DNA of 52,230 nt from Oceanicaulis sp. (GTDB taxonomy: Bacteria; Pseudomonadota; Alphaproteobacteria; Caulobacterales; Maricaulaceae): the NCBI GenBank assembly GCA_051859425.1, contig JBHYFR010000001.1:1-52230 (forward strand), written 5' to 3'. Below are positions 28,230 to 38,490 of the stretch, one piece after another. A program made the translations under genes and the position numbers. The number at the start of each line of letters is the position of its first letter. Within the stretch, counting starts at the first letter, position 1. The notes under the pieces are model-generated. The model was not told where the DNA came from and made no database searches. It saw nothing but the letters and a program-made list of their open reading frames with translations.

Positions 28230-29621
28230 ATGTCTATCAACTCGGCCATGATCGCGGGCGCGTCGGGGCTGCTTGCCAATTCCTCGGCGCTGGCGTCGAT
28301 TTCCGACAATATCGCGAACGTGAACACCACCGGCTACAAGCGGGTGAACACGGTGTTCACCCCCAATTACAAGGTCGGCGGCGGCGGCGAGGCGCGCTAC
28401 AGCTCCGGGGGCGTCACCTCCAATTCCCGCCTCGACGTCGTGTCTGCGGGGATACTCAATCCCAGCGCCTCGCCCACGCATCTGGCCATTGATGGCAACG
28501 GTTTCTTCGTCGTGCGGGACAGCCCGGCGGCCAGCACTGGAAGCAATGCGGCGTTGTTCACCCGTTCAGGCGCTTTCCAGACGGACAGCTCGGGCTTCCT
28601 GCGCAATGATGCGGGCATGTATCTGTATGGCTGGCCCGTGAGGGCGGACGGAACCGTCGCCCAGAACCCCTCCAATATCGACGAGCTGGAGGCGGTCAAC
28701 CTGTCCAATATCGGCGGTGCCGCCGAAGCCACCTCCTCCATCCGCATCAACGCCAATCTCCAGACCAGCCAGGCGGTGTCGCCGGCGGCGGCGACCTATG
28801 ACGTCGCCAACCCCGCCTTCAACATGGCGTCGGGCGCGGTGACCCCCGACTTCCAGCGCACCATCCAGGTGTTCGACAGCCAGGGCGGGGTGCGCTCGAT
28901 CACCATGTCCATGCTCAAATCGCCCACCGCAAACCAGTGGTTCGCCGAGCTGCATGTGGAGCCCGCTGGTGATGTCACTACCGGCGCCGGCCTCAATAAC
29001 GGCCAGATCGCCACCGGCATCGTGGCCTTCGACACCAATGGCCAGATCAATCCGGGCGCGTCCACCCTGCCCACGACGCTGAGCTTCCTGTCGTCGGACT
29101 TCGCCGGCGCTCTGGGCGCCAACCAGGCGCAGTGGACGCCGAGTACAGGCGTGGGCGCGCAGTCCATCTCGCTGGACTTCGGCACGGCGGGCTCTCCGGG
29201 CGGCATCACCCAGTTCGACAGCCCGTCCACGCTGAACTCAACCACGGTCGACGGTTCGCTGTTCGGAGCCTTCGCCGGTGTGGAGGTCAGTCAGGACGGA
29301 TTTGTGTCGGCCCGCTTCTCCAATGGCGTGGTGCGTCAGATCTACCAGATCCCGATCGCCACGGTGGCCAATCCCAACGGCATGGCCAGCGTCGGCGGCG
29401 CCTCCTTCCAGGTTACCGAGAACTCGGGCGCTTTCACTATGAACGTGCCCGGTCGCGGCGCTTCGGGCTCCATTGCGGCCAGTTCGGTGGAAAACTCCAA
29501 TGTCGATATCGCCACCGAGTTCTCCAATCTGATCATCACCCAGCGGGCCTACTCGGCCTCCTCGCGCATCATCACCACGGCGGACGAAATGCTCGCCGAG
29601 GCCATCCAGATGAAGCGCTAG
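28230..29621 (+). CDS. flgE: Flagellar hook protein FlgE
   Basis: SDNIANVNTTGYK, LAIDGNGFFVV, VENSNVDIATEFSNLIITQRAYSASSRIITTADEML. Confidence 0.96.
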   Translation: MSINSAMIAGASGLLANSSALASISDNIANVNTTGYKRVNTVFTPNYKVGGGGEARYSSGGVTSNSRLDVVSAGILNPSASPTHLAIDGNGFFVVRDSPAASTGSNAALFTRSGAFQTDSSGFLRNDAGMYLYGWPVRADGTVAQNPSNIDELEAVNLSNIGGAAEATSSIRINANLQTSQAVSPAAATYDVANPAFNMASGAVTPDFQRTIQVFDSQGGVRSITMSMLKSPTANQWFAELHVEPAGDVTTGAGLNNGQIATGIVAFDTNGQINPGASTLPTTLSFLSSDFAGALGANQAQWTPSTGVGAQSISLDFGTAGSPGGITQFDSPSTLNSTTVDGSLFGAFAGVEVSQDGFVSARFSNGVVRQIYQIPIATVANPNGMASVGGASFQVTENSGAFTMNVPGRGASGSIAASSVENSNVDIATEFSNLIITQRAYSASSRIITTADEMLAEAIQMKR

Positions 29622-29659
29622 GCCTGACACGCTTACCCGCCGTCCCACCGGCGTCACCT

Positions 29660-29693
29660 CGCCCCGGCGCACAAGCGCCGGGGTGAATTTTTT
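29660..29693 (+). terminator. Rho-independent terminator after flgE
   Basis: CGCCCCGGCGC-acaa-GCGCCGGGGTG stem followed by AATTTTTT. Confidence 0.75.
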
Positions 29694-29705
29694 CCAAAGC
29701 ATTGA

Positions 29706-29720
29706 TTAGGCGTCTGTTTA
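29706..29720 (+). promoter_or_regulatory. CtrA-like box upstream of sciP
   Basis: TTAG-gcgtctg-TTTA(C). Confidence 0.5.
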
Positions 29721-29814
29721 CCTTGGGCTTTAGAGGTTCAGAAAGACGCTTGGGGTATAACACTCCCATCAAAAGGGCGCGCGACAGACGCGCCTGTTGA
29801 CAAGGATGGGTCGG

Positions 29815-30087
29815 ATGGAACGTCGAGCGAAGAAGGAAAACTATGTGATCGGGCCCGATGGCAGTCCGCTCACAGTGGCCGATCTGCCGAGCCCGGAGAC
29901 CCGGCGCTGGGTGATCCGGCGCAAGGCCGAAGTGGTGGCGGCGGTGCGCGGCGGGCTCTTGAGCCTGGACGAGGCGTGTGACCGCTACCGGCTGACAGTG
30001 GAGGAATTCCTCTCCTGGCAGCGTGCAATCGACCGTCACGGCCTGGCGGGCCTGCGCACCACGCGCATCCAGCATTACCGCCAGTAA
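29815..30087 (+). CDS. sciP: CtrA inhibitor SciP (DUF1153)
   Basis: YVIGPDGSPLTVADLP...RWVIRRKAEVVAAVRGGLLSLDEACDRY; Caulobacter-like position between flgE and fliF; alternative ATG at 29806. Confidence 0.93.
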   Translation: MERRAKKENYVIGPDGSPLTVADLPSPETRRWVIRRKAEVVAAVRGGLLSLDEACDRYRLTVEEFLSWQRAIDRHGLAGLRTTRIQHYRQ

Positions 30088-30161
30088 GCGGTCATCATCA
30101 TGGCATTGATGTGGGCGTGCGCCACCCGGCGCGCGCCCACAGTGCATTCTGATTCAAGTCG

Positions 30162-30201
30162 TTAAGTCCTCGTTTACGCGGGCAGTGGGAAAAACTTGCC
30201 T
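30162..30201 (+). promoter_or_regulatory. fliF class II promoter: CtrA box plus a downstream ftr-like site
   Basis: TTAA-gtcctcg-TTTAC at 30162-30177, GATTC at 30151, ftr-like GGGAAAAACTTGCCT at 30187-30201. Confidence 0.6.
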
Positions 30202-30254
30202 AGCCGGACGCCACACGCGCGCCCGGACTGTGTTTCAGGCGGGGCCCATCGCAC

Positions 30255-31892
30255 GTGACGGCGTTTTTTGAACAGCTTTCCCGATTGGGAATTGGCCGGC
30301 TGAGTCTGATTTTCGGGCTCACGGCCGGCGTGGCGCTGGCGCTGATCCTGCTGCTGGTCAATCCCGGCAGCGGCTCTCAGGCGCTGTTGTATTCCGGGCT
30401 TGAGACGCGCGACGCCGCCTCGGTGGCCGAGCGCCTGGAGGGGGCGGGCATCCCCTATGAGCTGCGCGACGGCGGCTCGGCGATCTATGTGCCCGCGGCC
30501 CAGGTCGATCAGGCCCGCCTGCGCGTGGCGTCGGGCGGCGCGTTGAGCTTTGGCTCGGTCGGGTATGAAATCTTCGATTCCAGTGACGGCATCGGCGCCA
30601 CCAGCTTTGTCCAGAACGTCAATGCCCGCCGGGCGCTGGAAGGCGAGCTGGCCCGCTCCATCAACGCCATCAACACCGTGTCGGGCGCCCGCGTGCATCT
30701 GGTGTTGCCCGAACGGCGCCTGTTCTCGCGCGAGCAGCAGGAGCCGTCGGCCTCCGTGGTGGTCAGCGTGCGCGGGCAGCTGTCATCGGGTCAGGTGTCC
30801 ACCATCTCCAATCTGATCGCCACGGCTGTGCCGGGCCTGTCGCCCGGGCGTATTACCATAGCGGACGATCAGGGGCGGCTGCTGGCCAGTCCCGGCGAGG
30901 GGGATAATCCGGGCAGTGCGGCGATTGAAGAGCGCCGCTCCGGGCTGGAGGCCGCGCTGCGCCAGCGCATTCTCGATGTGGTCGAAGGCGTGGTCGGGCC
31001 GGGCGCGGCCCGCGTCGTGGTCACCGCTGAGGTCAACCGCGAAAGCCTGACCGAAACCCGGCTGGAATATGATCCCAATCTGCAGGTGGAAGTCAGCCGC
31101 GAGGTCCAGAGCGAGGAATCGAGCGAGCCCGCCGGGCGTCAGGGCGCCGTATCGGCCAGTGAGAACCAGCCCGGCGCCGAAGACGCAACGGCCGGTCCGG
31201 GTGAGATGGCAACCTCGCGGCGCAGCACCAATGTGCGCAACTTTGAAAATTCACGCACCACCAGCACCCGGGTGGTCGAGGCGGGCGAGCTTCGCCGTCT
31301 GGCCGTATCGGTCGTGGTCGACGAGCGCACAACGCGCGCCGAGGACGGGTCAGTGGTGTTTGTGGAGCGGCCGCCGGAAGAGATTGACCGCATCCGTGCG
31401 CTGGTGGCTGCAGCGGCGGGCATGGATGTGCGCGCCATTGATGGTCAGCGCCATGTGCTGGAAGTGGCGCAAATGCGCTTTTCGCGGCCTGATCTGACCG
31501 CGGGCACGCCCGCGCCGGAGGGCTTCCGGATGGAGCGCTCCGACATCATGCGCGCCGCCGAACTGGCCGTGATCGCCCTGATGGGCCTTCTGATCATCTT
31601 CCTGGTGGCCCGCCCGCTGGTGCGCGGCGCGGTGGGCGGGTGGGCCGCCCTGCCTGCGCCGGCGGCTGCAGCCGCATTGCCGGGCCGCCCCGGCCAGGCC
31701 CAGATCGCCGCCCAGCCCGGCGCTGACCGCGCCATGCTGCCTGAGGGCGAGGATGACGAGGAGCGCATCGACGTCGCCCACATCGATGGCCAGGTGAAGA
31801 AATCCTCGGTGCGCAAGGTGGCTGCGCTGGTCGCGCAGCACCCTGACGAGACCATGAGCATTCTGCGCACCTGGATGCATGAGAGCGCGTGA
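30255..31892 (+). CDS. fliF: Flagellar MS-ring protein FliF
   Basis: [34 protein letters not shown]; two TM segments. Confidence 0.95.
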   Translation: MTAFFEQLSRLGIGRLSLIFGLTAGVALALILLLVNPGSGSQALLYSGLETRDAASVAERLEGAGIPYELRDGGSAIYVPAAQVDQARLRVASGGALSFGSVGYEIFDSSDGIGATSFVQNVNARRALEGELARSINAINTVSGARVHLVLPERRLFSREQQEPSASVVVSVRGQLSSGQVSTISNLIATAVPGLSPGRITIADDQGRLLASPGEGDNPGSAAIEERRSGLEAALRQRILDVVEGVVGPGAARVVVTAEVNRESLTETRLEYDPNLQVEVSREVQSEESSEPAGRQGAVSASENQPGAEDATAGPGEMATSRRSTNVRNFENSRTTSTRVVEAGELRRLAVSVVVDERTTRAEDGSVVFVERPPEEIDRIRALVAAAAGMDVRAIDGQRHVLEVAQMRFSRPDLTAGTPAPEGFRMERSDIMRAAELAVIALMGLLIIFLVARPLVRGAVGGWAALPAPAAAAALPGRPGQAQIAAQPGADRAMLPEGEDDEERIDVAHIDGQVKKSSVRKVAALVAQHPDETMSILRTWMHESA

Positions 31893-32926
31893 TGGCAAGC
31901 AGTTCGGGAGCCCTTCGCAAGATCGACGACCCGGGCCGGCTGGCCGGGCCGGAGAAGGCCGCCGTGCTGTTGCTGGCGCTGGGCGATGAGCAGCGCAAGC
32001 TGTGGGAGATGATGGATGACGAGGAGATCCGCGTGGTCTCCCAGGCGATGGTCGGGCTTGGCAATGTCACCGCCAGCGCGGTGGAAAAGCTGATCCTGGA
32101 CTTTGTCGGCTCCATGTCGTCCACCGGCTCCATCACCGGCTCTGTCGAGCAGGCCCAGCGCACCCTGTCCGCCTTCCTGCCTGAGGAGAAGGTGGAGACC
32201 ATCATGGAGGAGCTGCGTGGTCCGGCCGGGCGGACCATGTGGGACAAGCTGGCGAATGTGAACGAGGCCGTGCTCGCCAATTATTTCAAGAATGAATACC
32301 CCCAGACCGTCGCTGTGGTGCTGTCCAAGATCAAGCCCGACCACGCCTCGCGCGTGCTGTGCGCGCTGCCCGAAGACTTCGCGCTGGAAGTGGTGATGCG
32401 CATGCTGCGCATGGAGCCGGTGCAGCGTGAGATTCTGGAGAAGATCGAGGAAACGCTGCGCAACGAGTTCATGAGCAATCTGGCGCGCACCTCCAAGCAG
32501 GACAGCCACGAGCTGATGGCGGACATTTTCAATAATTTCGACCGTCAGACCGAGAACCGTTTCCTGGCCAATCTGGAAGAGCGCAACCGCGACAGCGCGG
32601 AGAAGATTCGCTCGCTGATGTTCGTGTTTGAGGATCTGGGCAAGCTCGACCCGCAAGGCGTGCAGACGCTCATGCGGTCCGTGCCCAAGGACCAGATGGG
32701 CCTGGCGCTGAAGGGCGCCTCGGACACGCTGCGTGATCTGTTCTTCTCCAACATGTCCGAACGCGCGGCGAAAATCCTGCGCGAGGACATGCAGGCGATG
32801 GGGCCGGTGCGCCTCAAGGACGTGGATCAGGCCCAGCAGGCCATGGTCAATCTCGCCAAGGATCTGGCGGCCAAGGGCGAGATCCTGATTGCCGAGGGCG
32901 GCGGCGACGACGAGCTGATTTACTAG
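31892..32926 (+). CDS. fliG: Flagellar motor switch protein FliG
   Basis: [46 protein letters not shown]. Confidence 0.96.
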   Translation: MASSSGALRKIDDPGRLAGPEKAAVLLLALGDEQRKLWEMMDDEEIRVVSQAMVGLGNVTASAVEKLILDFVGSMSSTGSITGSVEQAQRTLSAFLPEEKVETIMEELRGPAGRTMWDKLANVNEAVLANYFKNEYPQTVAVVLSKIKPDHASRVLCALPEDFALEVVMRMLRMEPVQREILEKIEETLRNEFMSNLARTSKQDSHELMADIFNNFDRQTENRFLANLEERNRDSAEKIRSLMFVFEDLGKLDPQGVQTLMRSVPKDQMGLALKGASDTLRDLFFSNMSERAAKILREDMQAMGPVRLKDVDQAQQAMVNLAKDLAAKGEILIAEGGGDDELIY

Positions 32927-32936
32927 GGAGGCGGAT

Positions 32937-33587
32937 ATGACGACATCATTCAGACGGTTCGCCTTCGATCGCGAATACGCCGCCGATGGCACGGTGCTGC
33001 GCGATGGCGAGCGCGTGCGCCGTATCTTCACCGAGGACGAGGCGCGCGCCATGGCCGACGCTGCGGCCAGTCAGGCCGCCGCGTCCGATGCGCAGAAAGC
33101 CGCTGACACGCTGCGCCAGATTTCCGGCCGGATGCAGGCGGTGCTCGCGCGCATGGACGCTGAATCCGAGGCGATGCGCGCGGATGCGGTCGGCCTGGCG
33201 CTGGCCGCTGCGCGCACCATCGCCGGCGCCGCGTTGGAGCGCTATGGCGCCGACACGATTGAGGCCTGCGCCCGCGAGGCGCTGGCCGATCTGCGCGCCG
33301 AGCCGCGCCTGACGGTGCGGGTCGCCCCCGAGCTGGTCGAAGAGATTGCCGCACGCCTGGACGGCGAAGCGGCGCGGCTGGGGTTTGAGGGCGCGGTGAT
33401 CGTGCGCGCCGATGAGGAAGTCAGTGCGGGTGATGTAGTGCTGGAATGGCGCGCAGGCGCGGTGGAGCGCACCGCCGGCGATATCCAGGCGCGTCTGGAA
33501 GACACCGCCCGCAAATGGCTCGCCGCCCCGGCGGGCGACAACAGCGCCGCGTCATCTGACGCCGGCGCCGGCGGCCAGGCCGCCTGA
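32937..33587 (+). CDS. fliH: Flagellar assembly protein FliH (FlbE)
   Basis: RFAFDREY start, EPRLTVRV, GDVVLEWRAG; between fliG and fliN. Confidence 0.8.
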   Translation: MTTSFRRFAFDREYAADGTVLRDGERVRRIFTEDEARAMADAAASQAAASDAQKAADTLRQISGRMQAVLARMDAESEAMRADAVGLALAAARTIAGAALERYGADTIEACAREALADLRAEPRLTVRVAPELVEEIAARLDGEAARLGFEGAVIVRADEEVSAGDVVLEWRAGAVERTAGDIQARLEDTARKWLAAPAGDNSAASSDAGAGGQAA

Positions 33588-33598
33588 AGGAGACCGTG

Positions 33599-33961
33599 AT
33601 GAGCCAGGATGATCTCAAACTGCAGGACCTCGCCGGCTCGCAAGCCCAGCCTGGCGCCCTTGCGCCCAGCGGCGGCGGGGGGCAGTCGCTGATCGAGGAC
33701 GAGGTGCGCACCGCTGTCGATCTGGCGCCGGTGTTCGACGTGCCGGTCAATATCTCGGCGGTGCTGGGCAAGGCGCATATCGATGTGAACTCGCTGCTGA
33801 AGCTCACCGCCGGTTCGGTGCTGGAGCTGGACCGCAAGGTGGGCGAGGCCATCGACATCTACGTCAACAACCGCCTGGTCGCGCGCGGCGAGGTGGTGGT
33901 CGTGGAAGACCGGCTGGGCGTGACCATGACAGAAATCATCAAGGACGGGGACGCCGCATGA
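33599..33961 (+). CDS. fliN: Flagellar motor switch protein FliN
   Basis: VFDVPVNISAVLG...LDRKVGEAIDIYVNNRLVARGEVVVV. Confidence 0.95.
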   Translation: MSQDDLKLQDLAGSQAQPGALAPSGGGGQSLIEDEVRTAVDLAPVFDVPVNISAVLGKAHIDVNSLLKLTAGSVLELDRKVGEAIDIYVNNRLVARGEVVVVEDRLGVTMTEIIKDGDAA

Positions 33962-33995
33962 CCCGGACGCAAGCTGAATACGAAGGAGCTGAACG

Positions 33996-35357
33996 ATGCG
34001 CGTTCTGATCGTAGGCTCGCTGGGCGGGCAATCCACCATCGCGACCAAGATCGCCATGGACCGCGGCGCGAAAGTCGCCCAGGTCGATACGATCAGCCAG
34101 GCGACCGCCTATCTGCGGGCCGGGCGCGGCGCCGATCTGATGATGGTGGATGTGTCGCTGGATATCGGCGCGCTAATCGCGGCCAACGAGCTGGAGCGGA
34201 TCATCGTGCCGGTGGTGGCTTGCGGGGTGAATGTGCGCCCTGAAGCCGCAGCGGGCGCGATCCGCGCCGGCGCCAAGGAATTCATCCACCTGCCGCCTGA
34301 CCCCGACCTGATCGGCGCGGTGCTGGCTGCGGTGTCCGACGACGACCGGCCGCTGGTGGCGCGTGATCCGGCCATGCTGAGCGTGGTCGAGCTGGCCGAG
34401 CGCATCGCGCCGTCGGAAGCCTCCGTGCTGATCACCGGCGAAAGCGGCGTCGGCAAGGAGGTGATGGCCCGTCACGTCCATAAAATGTCCAAGCGGGTGT
34501 CGAAGCCCTTCATCTCGGTCAATTGCGCGGCGATCCCGGAAAACCTTCTGGAATCAGAGCTGTTCGGTCACGAGAAGGGCGCCTTCACCGGCGCGGTTGC
34601 GCGGCGTATCGGCAAGTTTGAAGAAGCCGACGGCGGCACGCTGCTGCTCGATGAAATCTCCGAAATGGATGTGCGCCTGCAGGCCAAGCTGCTGCGCGCC
34701 CTGCAGGAACGCGAGATCGACCGGGTCGGCGGCGCCAAGCCGGTCAAGGTGAATATCCGCATCATCGCCACCTCCAACCGCGATCTGGCCCAGTCGGTGC
34801 GCGAGGGATCGTTCCGCGAAGACCTTCTGTTCCGCCTCAACGTGGTCAATCTGGCCGTGCCGCCCCTGCGCGCGCGTCCCGAGGACGCGGTGGCGCTGGC
34901 CGATCACTTCCTGCGCAAATACGCCAAGGCCAATGGCGTGGCCTACCGCCCGCTGTCCGAAGCCGCCAAGGCGCAGATCACCACGCGCGAATGGCCGGGC
35001 AATGTGCGCGAGCTGGAAAACGCCATGCACCGCGCCGTGCTGCTGGCGGTGGGCGATCAGATCACGCCCGAAGCCATCCGCTCGCCCGACGGCTCGCCCT
35101 TCACCGCCTATGGCGGGCAAATCGCGCGCCGGGCCGCTGAAGCGGCGGACGAGGCGACCAACCGCGTCGGACGCACCGTGGCGGAGGTGGAGCAGGACCT
35201 GATCCTGGACACGCTGGACCATTGCCTGGGCAATCGCACCCATGCCGCGACCATTCTGGGCATTTCGATCCGCACCCTGCGCAACAAGCTCAAGCTCTAC
35301 GCCGATTCCGGCGCGGAGATTCCGGCGCCGGGCGAGACCCGCGCCGGCGCGGCCTGA
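33996..35357 (+). CDS. flbD: Sigma54-dependent flagellar activator FlbD
   Basis: Atypical receiver, GESGVGKE, GAFTGA, WPGNVRELEN, C-terminal Fis-type HTH; between fliN and flhA. Confidence 0.92.
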   Translation: MRVLIVGSLGGQSTIATKIAMDRGAKVAQVDTISQATAYLRAGRGADLMMVDVSLDIGALIAANELERIIVPVVACGVNVRPEAAAGAIRAGAKEFIHLPPDPDLIGAVLAAVSDDDRPLVARDPAMLSVVELAERIAPSEASVLITGESGVGKEVMARHVHKMSKRVSKPFISVNCAAIPENLLESELFGHEKGAFTGAVARRIGKFEEADGGTLLLDEISEMDVRLQAKLLRALQEREIDRVGGAKPVKVNIRIIATSNRDLAQSVREGSFREDLLFRLNVVNLAVPPLRARPEDAVALADHFLRKYAKANGVAYRPLSEAAKAQITTREWPGNVRELENAMHRAVLLAVGDQITPEAIRSPDGSPFTAYGGQIARRAAEAADEATNRVGRTVAEVEQDLILDTLDHCLGNRTHAATILGISIRTLRNKLKLYADSGAEIPAPGETRAGAA

Positions 35358-35376
35358 CGGAGATTGATGACCGCTG

Positions 35377-37491
35377 ATGGCTGACGCTCCCGCTTCCAGG
35401 TCCAACGGCTTTGACTGGGCGGCCTTTGGCCGCCGCCTGGCGCGTGGCGACATCATCATGGCGGTGGGCGTTCTCAGCCTGCTGGTGATGCTGCTTCTGC
35501 CGATGCCGCGCGTCCTGCTGGACGTGGCGCTGGCCGTCTCGATCTGCTTTTCCGTGCTGATCCTGATGACCTCGCTGTTCATCCGCACGCCGCTGGAATT
35601 CACCGCCTTTCCCGCCATCCTGCTGATCGCGACCATGCTGCGCCTGGCGCTGAATATCGCCTCCACGCGCCTGATCCTGTCAGAGGGCCATACCGGCACC
35701 ATGGCGGCGGGCGACATTATCCAGGCCTTCGGCGCCTTTGTGATGCAGGGCAATGTGGTCATCGGCATCATCGTCTTCATCATTCTGGTGATCGTGAACT
35801 TCGTGGTGATCACCAAGGGTTCGGGCCGCATCGCCGAAGTGGCCGCGCGCTTCACCCTGGACGCCATGCCGGGCAAGCAGATGGCCATCGACGCCGATCT
35901 GTCGGCGGGCCTGATCACCGAGCAGGAAGCCAAGGACCGCCGCAAGGAGCTGGAGGACAAGTCCAACTTCTTCGGGGCCATGGACGGCGCCTCGAAATTC
36001 GTGCGCGGCGACGCAGTGGCCGGCATTCTGATCACCTCGATCAATCTCATTGGCGGCATGGTGATCGGCGTGGCCCAGTCGGGCATGGCGTTCGGCGATG
36101 CGGCCAGCACCTATTCCACCCTGACCGTGGGCGACGGGCTGGTGTCGCAAATCCCCGCGCTGATCGTGTCGCTGGCCGCCGGTCTTCTGGTGTCCAAGGC
36201 GGGCGTGGACGGCGAGGCGGACAAGGCGGTGTTCGGCCAGCTGTCGGCCAATCCCGCCTCGCTGGGCATGGTGGCCGGCGCCGCGCTGGCCATCGGGCTT
36301 CTGCCGGGCATGCCGCTTCTGCCCTTCGCCATTCTGGCCGGCGCGGCCGGGACCGGGGCCGTCCTGTCCGGGCGGCGGCGCGACAAGCGCGCCGAAGACA
36401 TCGAGAGCAAGCAGGCCGATGCGGCTGATCAGGCCGCGTCCGAGGCCGCAGGCGCCGAACCGCCCATCGAGGACACGCTGCATATCGACGAGCTGAAGAT
36501 CGAGCTGGGCTACGCGCTCCTGCCCCTGATCAATGATGTGGAGGGCCGCCGCCTGACCGACCAGATCAAGGCGCTGCGCCGCAATCTGGCGCAGGAGACC
36601 GGCTTCGTCCTGCCGTCGGTGCGCATCATCGACAATATGCAGAGCCCCGGCGAGCACTACACGATCCGGGTCAAGGAGATGGAGGCGGGCTTTGGCGAGC
36701 TGAAAATGCGCTCGCTGCTGGCCATGGACCCGACCGGCCAGCAGGTGGAGTTGCCCGGAACCCATGTGAAGGAGCCGGCTTTCGGCCTGCCCGCCACCTG
36801 GATCGAGGAGGGCCTGCGCGAGGAGGCCACGTTCCGCGGCTATACGCTGGTGGACCCGGCCGCCGTGCTGGTCACGCATCTCACCGAAATCCTGCGCGAG
36901 AACATGGCCGATCTGCTCTCCTACGCGGAGACCGAGAAGCTGCTGGAGGCCTTGTCGAAAGAGCACCGCAAGCTGGTCGACGACATCACCCCGTCCCAGA
37001 TCACCCGCGCCGGCATCCAGCGCGTGCTGCAGAACCTGCTCAAGGAGCGCGTCTCGATCCGCGATCTGGCGACCATCGTGGAGGCCATCGCCGAAGCCTC
37101 GTCCGCGACCCAGAATCTCGACGCCGTCACCGAGCATGTGCGCACGCGCCTGGCGCGCCAGATCTGCTATACCAACAAGGGTCCCGACGGGACGCTGCCG
37201 GTCCTGTCGCTCAGCCCGCAATGGGAGCAGGCGTTTGCCGAAGCCATGATCGGCGATGGCGACCGGCGCCAGCTCGCCCTGGCCCCGTCCTCTCTGCGCG
37301 ACTTCGTGGCGCGGGTTCGCGAGGGCTTTGACCGGGCGGGCGCGTCGGGCGATGTACCGGTCCTGCTGACCAGCCCGCAGGCGCGGCCCTATGTGCGCTC
37401 GCTGGCCGAGCGCTTCCGCCCGCAGACCGTGGTGATCAGCCAGAACGAGATCCATCCCAGCGCCCGGCTCAAGACCGTCGGGCAGATCTAG
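35377..37491 (+). CDS. flhA: Flagellar export gate protein FlhA
   Basis: RIAEVAARFTLDAMPGKQMAIDADL, FFGAMDGASKFVRGDA, LLKERVSIRDL. Confidence 0.97.
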   Translation: MADAPASRSNGFDWAAFGRRLARGDIIMAVGVLSLLVMLLLPMPRVLLDVALAVSICFSVLILMTSLFIRTPLEFTAFPAILLIATMLRLALNIASTRLILSEGHTGTMAAGDIIQAFGAFVMQGNVVIGIIVFIILVIVNFVVITKGSGRIAEVAARFTLDAMPGKQMAIDADLSAGLITEQEAKDRRKELEDKSNFFGAMDGASKFVRGDAVAGILITSINLIGGMVIGVAQSGMAFGDAASTYSTLTVGDGLVSQIPALIVSLAAGLLVSKAGVDGEADKAVFGQLSANPASLGMVAGAALAIGLLPGMPLLPFAILAGAAGTGAVLSGRRRDKRAEDIESKQADAADQAASEAAGAEPPIEDTLHIDELKIELGYALLPLINDVEGRRLTDQIKALRRNLAQETGFVLPSVRIIDNMQSPGEHYTIRVKEMEAGFGELKMRSLLAMDPTGQQVELPGTHVKEPAFGLPATWIEEGLREEATFRGYTLVDPAAVLVTHLTEILRENMADLLSYAETEKLLEALSKEHRKLVDDITPSQITRAGIQRVLQNLLKERVSIRDLATIVEAIAEASSATQNLDAVTEHVRTRLARQICYTNKGPDGTLPVLSLSPQWEQAFAEAMIGDGDRRQLALAPSSLRDFVARVREGFDRAGASGDVPVLLTSPQARPYVRSLAERFRPQTVVISQNEIHPSARLKTVGQI

Positions 37492-37503
37492 AAAGACGCC
37501 GCC

Positions 37504-38490
37504 ATGCGCATGCGCACCTTCACCGGAGACAGCCTGAGCGCCGTAATGGCCGAGGTGCGCCGCGAGCTGGGTCCCGATGCGGTGATCATCACGTCGGGCG
37601 ATGCGCCCGGCGGCGGGGTGGAAGTGCGCGCCGCCGCAGAGCGCGGGGCGATTGGCGCATCAGCTGAGGATTCCGTGACGGCGCTGGCCCGCCGGGACGC
37701 CGAGCGCACCCGCGAGCGTGGTGATTCCAGCGCTGGACTGACCCGGATCGCCCGTGCCCTCACCTGGCACCAGGTCCCGGCCGAGGCTGCCGAAGCCCTG
37801 ATGCAGTCATCCATGGCGATGCAGGACGGCGAGGCCACGGCAACACTGGCGCGCGCGCTGGACCAGCGCTATGGCGTGCACCCCATCGAGGCCGACCCCG
37901 GACGCCCGATCCTGCTGGCGGGCGGGGCGGGCGCGGGCAAATCCTCCTGTGCGGCGCGGCTGGCGGCGCGGGCTGTGCGCCATGATGTGCGCCCCCTACT
38001 GATCAGCGCTGACGCCCGGGCCGGCGCCCGCGAACAGCTGTCCGCCTACGCCGGGGCGCTCGACCTGCCGTTTGAAGCGGTGGAGGGCCCGCGTGAGCTG
38101 TCCGCCGTGCTCACCCGCGCTGCGCCCCGGGCCGCGATCATTGATGCGCCGGGGATCAATCCGTTCGAGCTCGATGATCTCGATGATCTGGCTGATCTCG
38201 CCTACGCCGCCGACGCCGAGATTGTCGCGGTGATGGAGGCGGGGCTGAGCCCGGGCGACGCCGAGGACATCGCCGCCCTGTTCGCCGCCATTGGCGCGGG
38301 CCGGGCGGTCATCACCAAGCTGGACGCCGCACGCCGGCGCGGCGCCTTGCTGGCGCCGGGCGAGGCGGGTCTGGCCTATGCCCATGTCTGCGCTTCGCCC
38401 TTTATCGGCTCGGGCCTGGTGCCCGCCACGGCGCTGCGTCTGGCGCGCGCGCTGCTGGAAGACGACGCCGGCGAGGAGGATCACGCATGA
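37504..38490 (+). CDS. flhF: FlhF-like SRP-family GTPase (short, divergent)
   Basis: N-terminal MRMRTFTG..AVMAEVRRELGPDAVII typical of FlhF; GAGAGKSS, GAREQL, DAPG, ITKLD; follows flhA. Confidence 0.75.
   Translation: MRMRTFTGDSLSAVMAEVRRELGPDAVIITSGDAPGGGVEVRAAAERGAIGASAEDSVTALARRDAERTRERGDSSAGLTRIARALTWHQVPAEAAEALMQSSMAMQDGEATATLARALDQRYGVHPIEADPGRPILLAGGAGAGKSSCAARLAARAVRHDVRPLLISADARAGAREQLSAYAGALDLPFEAVEGPRELSAVLTRAAPRAAIIDAPGINPFELDDLDDLADLAYAADAEIVAVMEAGLSPGDAEDIAALFAAIGAGRAVITKLDAARRRGALLAPGEAGLAYAHVCASPFIGSGLVPATALRLARALLEDDAGEEDHA

Noticed and set aside
31445-37455. Long antisense ORFs (535, 518 and 591 aa) over fliG, flbD and flhA
   Set aside because: Mirror frames of conserved genes, expected in GC-rich DNA
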